From positions 200,385 through 264,384 of the forward strand of contig JAFTMH010000004.1 in assembly GCA_017452445.1 (NCBI GenBank): a DNA stretch of 64,000 nt, in the 5' to 3' direction. The position numbers were made by a program, and so were the translations under genes. This document shows positions 27,125-35,600 of the stretch, piece by piece. Within the stretch, counting starts at the first letter, position 1, and every line of letters begins with the position of its first letter. The stretch comes from Clostridia bacterium. GTDB lineage: Bacteria; Bacillota; Clostridia; Christensenellales; UBA1242. The notes under the pieces were generated by a model. The model searched no databases. It saw only the letters and a program-made list of their open reading frames with translations, and was not told where the DNA came from.

Positions 27125-27152
27125 GCACAACACAAAATTGTGTCGTTTTTTT
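27125..27152 (-). terminator. weak hairpin downstream of the 27182-28105 gene
   Basis: Short ACACA/TGTGT stem (27129-27133 with 27138-27142), extendable with a mismatch or wobble. U-rich flank. Confidence 0.35.
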
Positions 27153-27181
27153 AGTTTTTATGTCACAAAAAATCAAACCTC

Positions 27182-28105
27182 TTACAAAATGTAAGCTGTT
27201 TTGTTTATGTTGTCAACTTCTTCAAGTTTTTTAGGTGTCAAAATGTTGGTTTTGTTTACATAAAATCTCATGCCTTGACTTGTAAAGAAAATTGTCATGT
27301 TGTAAACACAAAGCATGATTGTCATAAGTGGCACAAGCACTGCCAATGTGTAAATACCAAACAAAATCACCAATCCCCAGAAGATCATGAAAAAGATTCC
27401 TGTCAACAAAACTGTTTTCCAGAAGTGTCTTTTTACAGCCTTAACCCCTTTTGCGTAACAAACAAAAATGTTGCGATCAAAAACATTCAACGCTGGGATC
27501 CAACCAAGTGTTGCCATTTCGTTGAGTGTAAACAAAAGCACAAGCAACACAAAAATCACTGCAGGAAGTCCGTGTTTGATAAAAGTTGCGTGTTCGATTG
27601 TGCCAAGTGCAAAAATTGAAACAAGAGTTGCTCCCCAGAAAACGAGGTTGTAGAACACTTTGCACAAAGCAAAAGGCAAAGATTTGTTCAATCCCTTTAC
27701 GAGAGCACTGAAAAATCCAACCTCTGTGTTGCTTGTCATATAAGCATACAACATTTTATGCATTGTGTATTTGCCAACATTAAGCAAAAATGGCAAGAAA
27801 ATGAAAATCACAATCAAACCATAAATTGCAATTCCCAAATTTTGAGCAAAAACTGTTTCTGCAATTCTTACTGTTGTGTGCAAAAAGTTGTGGATATATT
27901 GTCCCAAATTTCCAGTAAACACACCACCAAAAGTAGCAAAAGTTCCAGCACTTTCATACATAGAAGCGACAGTGTCCTTAAATTCAAAAAAGGCAGGCAA
28001 AAACAAAGCAAAGGAAAGTCCCCAAATCACAACATAATACAAAAACAATTTGAGAGCCTTTTTCCAGTTTGAACCTAAAAGTCTTAATGAATTTACAAAA
28101 ATCAT
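27182..28105 (-). CDS. hypothetical polytopic membrane protein
   Basis: About 307 aa with 6-8 TM helices. ATG 28105 with AAAGGA SD (track start 28120 is TTG). No recognised motif. Confidence 0.6.
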   Translation of the reverse strand: MIFVNSLRLLGSNWKKALKLFLYYVVIWGLSFALFLPAFFEFKDTVASMYESAGTFATFGGVFTGNLGQYIHNFLHTTVRIAETVFAQNLGIAIYGLIVIFIFLPFLLNVGKYTMHKMLYAYMTSNTEVGFFSALVKGLNKSLPFALCKVFYNLVFWGATLVSIFALGTIEHATFIKHGLPAVIFVLLVLLFTLNEMATLGWIPALNVFDRNIFVCYAKGVKAVKRHFWKTVLLTGIFFMIFWGLVILFGIYTLAVLVPLMTIMLCVYNMTIFFTSQGMRFYVNKTNILTPKKLEEVDNINKTAYIL

Positions 28106-28199
28106 AATATATCCTTTCAAAAATTAAACAAAAGTTGTTTACGCTAAGTTTATTATAGCAAAAAACAGCAAAAATGCAAACAATTTGCATACAAAAACA

Positions 28200-28232
28200 A
28201 AAGAGCAGAGCATCAAACGATCTGCTCTGCCT
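28200..28232 (-). terminator. terminator after greA
   Basis: Stem AGAGCAGA (28202-28209) pairs with TCTGCTCT (28221-28228). The minus strand reads TTTGTTTTT after the stem. Confidence 0.7.
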
Positions 28233-28235
28233 TTA

Positions 28236-28706
28236 TTAAACTTCAATTGCAACAATTTTGTAAACTGTTGTGCCACCTGGAGTGTGCACAGAAATTGTTT
28301 CTCCTTGCTTGTGTCCAATAAGAGCTTTGCCAACTGGTGAAACATTGCTGATAATTCCGTTTCTTGGATCGCTTTCTGATGATCCTGAAATACGATACTC
28401 TACTTCTTCGTCAAAATCTTCGTCATAGAGCCTTACTTTGCAGCCAACACTTACAGCATCGATGTTGATGTTTTTCTTGTCGATAACTTCTGCGTTGAGC
28501 AAAATGCCTTCCATTTCTGCGATTTCTGCTTCGATTTGAGCTTGTTCGTCTTTTGCTGCATCATATTCAGAATTTTCTGAAAGATCGCCAAATTCTCTAG
28601 CAATGCCAATGCGTTTGATGACATCAGGTCTTTTAACTGTTTTATAATACTTCAACTTTTCTTCAAGTTGTGCTTTCCCTTCTGGTGTTAAATAATGCTT
28701 TTCCAT
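28236..28706 (-). CDS. greA: transcription elongation factor GreA
   Basis: 156 aa. LTPEGKAQLEEKL coiled-coil N-terminus, GDLSENSEYDAAK motif. Terminator 28200-28232. Confidence 0.95.
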   Translation of the reverse strand: MEKHYLTPEGKAQLEEKLKYYKTVKRPDVIKRIGIAREFGDLSENSEYDAAKDEQAQIEAEIAEMEGILLNAEVIDKKNINIDAVSVGCKVRLYDEDFDEEVEYRISGSSESDPRNGIISNVSPVGKALIGHKQGETISVHTPGGTTVYKIVAIEV

Positions 28707-28970
28707 AATGTCCCCCTTAAATACTTGTAAATCGGCATTTATAAATTAAAAAAATCGACCCAAACAGGTCTTTTAGATTGCGATATAATTTTGCCAATCT
28801 CAACTAAACCACTTCATTATATTCAAAACACAATAAAAAGTCAACTATTTTTGCAACTTTTCAATATATTGTATAGTTTGCCACCTTCATTTATGCCTGC
28901 TTTTTGTTTTTTTACACAAATTTTTGTTATTTTTTTCTTTTTGAAAAATACTAATCCAAAAGGAGTTTCT

Positions 28971-29351
28971 ATGTTGACTTTTATTGCTTTTGTCTTGATG
29001 ATAACTGGTGGGATAAATTGGCTGTTGATTGGCCTGTTGCAATATGATTTTATTGCAGGACTTTTCGGCTTTCAAGCAAGCATGTTTTCAAGATTGATTT
29101 ACATTATTTTTGGGTCGAGCACAGCCTTTGTTGCACTTCGAACACTTCTCAACAAGGGCACTGTAAAACTGTTTGAAAGAAGAAGGAAAAAGTCACCAAA
29201 AACATCTCAAACCCTCGAAAACAACAATCAAATGCCAACAGAAGCGCAACAGCCTGCACACAATGCACAAAATTTGGCCAATTTTCAACCTTTTGAGACA
29301 GAAAATCAAAATCACAACTCTTTGCCCAAGCAAGATAATGACCGGTTATAA
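28971..29351 (+). CDS. DUF378-family small membrane protein with Q/N/P-rich C-terminal extension
   Basis: ATG 28971 with AGGAG SD at 28961. ITGGINWLLIGLLQYDFIAGLFG is DUF378-like by eye. The track ORF start 28791 is upstream and has no support. Confidence 0.75.
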   Translation: MLTFIAFVLMITGGINWLLIGLLQYDFIAGLFGFQASMFSRLIYIIFGSSTAFVALRTLLNKGTVKLFERRRKKSPKTSQTLENNNQMPTEAQQPAHNAQNLANFQPFETENQNHNSLPKQDNDRL

Positions 29352-29412
29352 AGTCAAAATATTTGACTTTTGTCAACGCTAAAGAGTATTATTTGTCTAT
29401 AAGGAGATTTAG

Positions 29413-30915
29413 ATGGTAACATTAATCGTTTTAGACGGCTTTGGTTTAAGAAAAGAAAAATTTGGAAACGCAATCAAAAGCCAAGGCACACCTTATTTAG
29501 ACAAACTCACAAAACAATATCCACACACAATCATGCAAGCAAGTGGCAAAGCAGTTGGACTTCCAGATGGAGTGATGGGCAACAGCGAAGTTGGCCACCT
29601 CACTCTCGGCACAGGAAGAGTAACTTTGCAAGATTTGCAACAAATCAACAATGATGTTGAAACAGGCAAAATTTTTGAAAATCCTGCACTTATCAAAGCC
29701 CTCACCCATGCAGAAAAAAACAAGTCAAACTTACATTTGATGGGACTTTTTTCTGATATAGGCGTGCATGCAGACATAAACCATATGTTCAAAATTTTAG
29801 ACCTTGCAAAAAACTACGAAATCAAAAACATCTATCTTCATTTGTTTACTGATGGCAGAGATTGTGGCGTAACTGACAGTTTGAAATATCTTGAAACAAC
29901 AAACCAAAAAATTGAAGGCACAAATGCAAAAATTGCAACCATCTCTGGCAGACTTTATGCAATGGACAGAGAAAAAAGATTCAATCGCCTCCAACTTGCC
30001 TATGATGCAATCACACAAGCAAAAGGCGAGCGTTTTGACACAGCAAAACAAGCCATCGAAACAAGCCACAAAAACGGCGTTACAGATGAGTTTTTTGTGC
30101 CAGCAGTTGTTGACCCAAATGGTGCAGTTTCTGACAACGACAGCGTAATTTTCTACAATTTCCGTGCAGATAGAGCACGAGAGCTCACGCAAGCATTTAC
30201 AGACGAAAACTTTGCCGAATTTGAAACAAAAAAACTCAACAATGTTTTGTTTACGCCTATGAGAGAATATGCAAAAGAATTTGCACATCTCAACACACTC
30301 TATCCACAAATCAAAATTGAAGACAATCTTGCAAGCCAAATTGCAAAGGCCGGCAAAAAACAATTTCACATTGCAGAAACAACCAAATATGCTCATGTAA
30401 CCTTCTATTTCAACGGTGGAATCGAAAATCCTTATGAAGGAGAAGATAGAAAACTTATCGAAAGTTTCAATGTTGCCGATTTTGCACAAACACCAAAAAT
30501 GAAAGCACCTCAAATCACAGAAAAAGTTGTCGAAGCAATCACAACCGGCAAGTATGATTTTATTTTGGTAAACTATTCAAACCCTGACATGGTTGGACAC
30601 ACCGGCAACTTCAACAGCACAAAACAAGCAATCGAATGCGTTGACAAACAAGCATACATTGTTGCACTTGCGACACTTATGGCTGGTGGCGAATGTTTGA
30701 TTGTTGCAGATCACGGAAATGCCGAAGATATGATTGATGAAAAAGGAAACAAAGTCACCTCTCACACAGCAAATCCAGTGCCAGCAATTTTAGTTAGCAA
30801 CAAACACAAAAAAGCAAAACTCAAGAAAAACAAGACCCTTGCAAATGTTGCTGCCACAGTTTTAAAACTTATGGATCTTCCAATCCCAGACAGTTATGAA
30901 GAAGCATTGTTCTAA
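29413..30915 (+). CDS. gpmI: 2,3-bisphosphoglycerate-independent phosphoglycerate mutase
   Basis: 500 aa. LIVLDGFG, GNSEVGHLTLG, ADHGNAE motifs. AAGGAG SD. Confidence 0.95.
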   Translation: MVTLIVLDGFGLRKEKFGNAIKSQGTPYLDKLTKQYPHTIMQASGKAVGLPDGVMGNSEVGHLTLGTGRVTLQDLQQINNDVETGKIFENPALIKALTHAEKNKSNLHLMGLFSDIGVHADINHMFKILDLAKNYEIKNIYLHLFTDGRDCGVTDSLKYLETTNQKIEGTNAKIATISGRLYAMDREKRFNRLQLAYDAITQAKGERFDTAKQAIETSHKNGVTDEFFVPAVVDPNGAVSDNDSVIFYNFRADRARELTQAFTDENFAEFETKKLNNVLFTPMREYAKEFAHLNTLYPQIKIEDNLASQIAKAGKKQFHIAETTKYAHVTFYFNGGIENPYEGEDRKLIESFNVADFAQTPKMKAPQITEKVVEAITTGKYDFILVNYSNPDMVGHTGNFNSTKQAIECVDKQAYIVALATLMAGGECLIVADHGNAEDMIDEKGNKVTSHTANPVPAILVSNKHKKAKLKKNKTLANVAATVLKLMDLPIPDSYEEALF

Positions 30916-30917
30916 AA

Positions 30918-30950
30918 CAAAAAGAAGAAGTCAAACTTCTTCTTTTTTTA
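30918..30950. terminator. bidirectional terminator between gpmI and the SSB-like gene
   Basis: Stem AAGAAGAAGT (30922-30931) pairs with ACTTCTTCTT (30935-30944), then a T-run. Confidence 0.8.
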
Positions 30951-31625
30951 TCTGTTTGCCACTTTGCCTTCTTGCTCTTTTGCCAAATGTGTAACATTGG
31001 CCAAGATTGAAATGCGTTGACACGAAACCTCATAAGCAGTTTTTACTTCGCTTTCATTTTCGCTTATTGATTTGACATATTCTCTAGATTGAATCCTGCC
31101 TGAAAGTTCGATTTTGCAACCTATGTTTTGACTTGCAACAAAGCGAGCATTTCTACCCCACATGATGCATGGCACATAGTCAGATTTGTGATAGTTTGTG
31201 CGATTTACAGCCAACAAAACATCGCAAATTTCTCTATTAAAAGGCGTTTTTCTATAAATTGGTTGTTTGCAAACAAAACCTGTCAAACGTACTTCATTGA
31301 TATGTTCGCCATGCTCTTGACACTTTTGCAAATCCTTTGCAAACAAATGCAAAATCAACTTGCTTCTTTCTTGCAAAAATTTGTTGTAACTTCTGTATTC
31401 TCCACAAACTTTGACAAAATCGCCCACCTTAAGTTGAACATTTTGCAAGCATCTTTCCGAAACAGTAACAGGTATTTCGTCTTTGATTTTTGACAACCTT
31501 TCAACTTCAACCGAAAACTCATAAAAGTTTTCACCTTCTACCTGATGCGAAAATGCCAATTCCTTTGAAATCACGCCTGCAATCTGTGCAAAATTTGTTG
31601 TTTCTTCATTTATTGTATAATTCAT
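30948..31625 (-). CDS. SSB-like protein with two tandem OB-fold modules, no acidic C-terminal tip
   Basis: Module 1 is about aa 10-100 (AQIAGVISKE...FYEFSVEVERLS...VKVCGEYRSYN). Module 2 is about aa 110-200 (NEVRLTGFVCKQPIYRKTP...DVLLAVNR...PCIMWGRNARF...IELSGRIQSREY). AGGAGG SD. Confidence 0.6.
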   Translation of the reverse strand: MNYTINEETTNFAQIAGVISKELAFSHQVEGENFYEFSVEVERLSKIKDEIPVTVSERCLQNVQLKVGDFVKVCGEYRSYNKFLQERSKLILHLFAKDLQKCQEHGEHINEVRLTGFVCKQPIYRKTPFNREICDVLLAVNRTNYHKSDYVPCIMWGRNARFVASQNIGCKIELSGRIQSREYVKSISENESEVKTAYEVSCQRISILANVTHLAKEQEGKVANR

Positions 31626-31633
31626 AAAACCTC

Positions 31634-32398
31634 CTAATTTTTGTGTTGTATTCCATTTCTATCTATTGTGTAATTGTCTGAATAAATCAAATCCGAAATT
31701 GCAGTCACTTTGTAGCCAGCCACCTTCAATCTGTTTAAAGTAAGTCGCAAAGCATCTAAAATGTTGTCCGAATTGTTGTGCATCAAAATTATTGACCCAT
31801 TTTTAACCCTTGACATAACCCTGCCACAAATTTCTTTTGCAGACAACCCTTTCCAATCCAAACTATCAACATCCCATTGGATTGTTTTGAGCGACAACTC
31901 TTGAGCAACTTCAAGCAGATTGTTGTTGTAAGAGCCGAATGGCGCCCTAAACAACTCAACTTTTTGCCCTGTAGCTTTTTCTATTTTTTGGATTGATGTT
32001 TCGAGTTCGCTCTTCATTGTCTGCTTTGACAATTTGACCATGTCAGGATGAGTGTTTGAGTGAGTGCCAATTTCAAACCCTTCGTCAGAAATCAATTTTG
32101 TCATGTCTTGATAGTCATCAACCCAAAAACCAACCAAAAAGAAAGTTGCACCAACTTCAAACTCTTTCAAGATGTCCAAAATGCCCTGGGTTTTGTCAGC
32201 ACCCCAAGCAGCATCAAACGAAATTGCCACTTGCTTTTGCTCAGTCGAAACCGAATAAATTGGCACTTTGCGAGTTGAATATCCCAAATAAACTTCTGCC
32301 GAACTATTTCCATTTATAGGCAAGCACAACAAAACAGCAATCAGCACCATGGCCATAAATATTTTTAATGTTCTTGATTTGATTACACAGAAATGCAT
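31634..32398 (-). CDS. polysaccharide deacetylase (NodB domain), secreted or membrane anchored
   Basis: N-terminal hydrophobic signal. ISFDAAWG, GATFFLVGFW, HSNTHPDM. GAGG SD. Lies 8 nt upstream of the SSB-like gene. Confidence 0.85.
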   Translation of the reverse strand: MHFCVIKSRTLKIFMAMVLIAVLLCLPINGNSSAEVYLGYSTRKVPIYSVSTEQKQVAISFDAAWGADKTQGILDILKEFEVGATFFLVGFWVDDYQDMTKLISDEGFEIGTHSNTHPDMVKLSKQTMKSELETSIQKIEKATGQKVELFRAPFGSYNNNLLEVAQELSLKTIQWDVDSLDWKGLSAKEICGRVMSRVKNGSIILMHNNSDNILDALRLTLNRLKVAGYKVTAISDLIYSDNYTIDRNGIQHKN

Positions 32399-32598
32399 AC
32401 AAACCTCGCTTTAATTTTACTTAAATTTTGTTTTTAGGCCGACATGAATTTTGGCCGAAAAAGACCGATATTGTTTTAATATGTCGAAATTCAATTTTGG
32501 CAAGTCTGCCCACAAAACATACATATTAAAAAAGAAGCGCCAATAGAACTTGCACTTCACAAACTTTCAACAAAACTTGTTGTTTTTGATTGCGACAA

Positions 32599-32629
32599 CA
32601 AAAAAAAGAGAACCGAAGTTCTCTTTTTT
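32599..32629 (-). terminator. terminator after the GLUG giant gene
   Basis: Stem AGAGAAC (32607-32613) pairs with GTTCTCT (32618-32624), loop CGAA. Eight-A run upstream gives a T8 run on the minus strand. Confidence 0.85.
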
Positions 32630-35600
32630 CTAATTCCAATAGAAGATTTGAAGCACCCATCTTCCGTTGATTTCCAACCAAATGTTTGGATGGTTTTTCA
32701 AATCTGCCTTTGCATATTGTGTCGAAGTGTTTTTATAGAATACTTCTTTTGTAGTGCCTGGAGATCTGTATCTATAATAGCAGTTTGAAAGCGATGCTCC
32801 ATTGTGCAATGGAATGCCATCATACGCTTTTTGAGCATCAACATATGATTGATCAATTGTTGTGCCATCTTCTGCTTTTCCGATAAGATATCCAAAATAG
32901 AATCCTGACTTGACATCGTCATCTTCATCAAAGAAAAGTGTATTTTCAAGTTTAATCAAGAAGTTGGATGCATCACTGCTTCTCACCGAAGTCATAAACA
33001 ACTTGCAACCTTTTGCATAACCAATCAAACTTGAGAAACATTCTCTCTTTTCGATTTCATTTTCAAAGTCGCTTTCACCTTCCAATTCTTCATAATTTAA
33101 TGAAGATCCTCTTTCAGCGTCATCAATTGGATAAACAACTTTGTTTCCTTCCATAATTTCAGCGTAAATATTATAAGTTGAAATATTTGCAGTTTCAAGG
33201 ATACATTCGTTTGCATGAACATTTTCAAACTTGGTGTTGACTGCGTAACCTGCAATCATGCCCACATAAGAAAATCCTTTTACCCTGCTGTTTGCAACTG
33301 TCACATTTTTGATTGTGGCATTTTCGACATAACCAAACAATCCAACACCCTTTTGTGTGTTTGTTTCACCAAAGTTGATGTTTGAAATTGTGTAATTTTG
33401 TCCATCAAAGGTGCCTTTAAATGGAGTTTGCTTTGTGCCTATTGGAGTAAACACTTCATCATCTTCAAAGGTCAAATTTGCAGTCAATTTTACAATGCGT
33501 CCTTCAAAAGATTGTCCACCTGCAACCATTTCACTAAACAACTTCAAAGCGTCTGTTGAAGCAAGTGTATAGCTTTTGCCAACCATTGGCAAACTTGCAC
33601 CTGAGGTTTTTGCCGAAGCGTTGTATTTTGCAACAATACGCAAACCATCGCCACCTGCAAAGGCAAGTGCCTTTGTAAGGCTTGGATCAACAAAGAATTT
33701 ATATTCTGTTTTTGTTGAAAGCAATCTGTAAGAGTCTTCTCCATCACGCAAATACCAGCCAACAAATTTGTATGCTTTTTCTGTATTTGCAAAGAAGTCT
33801 TTTGCCTTCAAAGTAACTGGAGCATAATAATACAAAACTTTCACATTTACAGCATCTGCTGTTGCACTGTCAGTAATCACAGAAACAGCTGTTGATGGAT
33901 TTGCTGGCACAGTGGCGCCATATTTGTAATATTTCACTTCAGAAGAAGGCATTGAGTTTCCTGAAATTTCTTGAATACCAACATCAAGGATATAATCTTG
34001 AAGCACATAAGGCACATAAATATGAATGCCATTGTCTTCCAAATAGTCTACACCTTGATTTTCATTTGTAATCACATGTTCAGAACTATATTTGCAAACT
34101 TTTTTCACAATTGCGTGGAACACTGCAAGCAAATCTCCACCTTCTCCTGACATTGCCACATTAAGTCCCACAGAGCTAAATGCTTCTGGATAGTCAACAG
34201 TCTCAACCACTCCATTATTCAACTTCGAATACAAAACTCTGATGCCGACAGTTTTGAGTGCATTTTCTTGACCATAAACAATATATCCATCTTTTGACAA
34301 CAAATACAATCGTCTAGAACCAGTTTTATATTCACTATCCTTCAAACTAACTCTCCAGTTTGAATCTTCACTGCAATCACGGCTAAATGTCACAGTGTCA
34401 ACACGAGAGCCATCACTGTTGTAGAAGAACGATTCTCCCCCTACGCTCTTTTTTGTGCTGTTGCTGAATGCTGGCATGCCATCATAGTTGTTTATATAAT
34501 AAATGTGGTTGGCTGATTGTGTGTTTTGATGTTGATTGTACATTTGCACAATGTTGTGCAAAGTTACATCAAGTTCAATTGCTGTTTTGGACACATAAAC
34601 ATAAATTTTGTTTTGGTTGATTGCCCCTGAAACTGAGGACAAATATCTTGTCAATTCGTCCATATGCAAATCTACCTTACCCAAGTTGTTTGAAAGAAGA
34701 TTTGAATAACTGTTTGTTGAAGCCCAACCTGTTGAAAATCCACACTTGATGTTGTATCTATAGCCATAAGCGATATTTTCAAGCGACAAATCATTATTGT
34801 CAGAAGCTTGAACATATCCTCCTGTCACCACAAACTTCATTGTTGTACTATAATCAGTTTGCACCGAATCAGACAGTTTTTTAGGAGTTTTGTCACTTTC
34901 CTCTTCGGCAATTTTTGGGCTTGCCCCAGAAGTGCTTTGAGAGTCAACAAAAGCCAAAGTGTATTCAACCTTGTCAAACTGCCATACAAAATATTTTTGT
35001 TTGTATGTATATGTAAAACCACCTGTAGTACCTGTGACATATTTGCCCAACGCAGTGTTTGTAATTTTTGTCACGGCATTGCTTGAGCTTAAAGTTGCAC
35101 TGTCGCCAGCCAACAAACCTGCAAAGCGATAACCAAAGCTTGGAGTAACTTCAAAACCCACAGTATCATTGTAATAGAATGTATAATTGTTTGTTCTTGA
35201 ATTTTTCTTCAATTTTGGGGTGAGCACATTATATTCTGTTGTATCAGAAGCTGATTGTGCAATATCCTTCTTTTTTGAACTCACAGGAGTTCCTGACGAA
35301 TTTGCCAACGATTTGCCCACTGCATCATAGTAGAATTTCAGTTGAATAGTTGTGGCGACAGAGTCAGTAAAACCTCTAAATTGCAAATAATTTGTTGCAC
35401 CACTTGTGTAAGTTCCATAAATATCCAACCCCTGTTGATTTTTTGTGGCATCGTGACCTGAATTTATCACAAACCCTCTTGCAGTAAAATTGTCTGTGTT
35501 TGTTGTAACAACTTTCATCGCTTCAAGATAGCGATCTCCTGTATAACTAGCCCCTCTTAAATATCTGAAATTGATTGTAGAGGTTGAATTGTTCCACCCA

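Noticed and set aside
30300-30308. DnaA-box-like CTATCCACA.
   Set aside because: A single copy inside the gpmI coding sequence, most likely chance.
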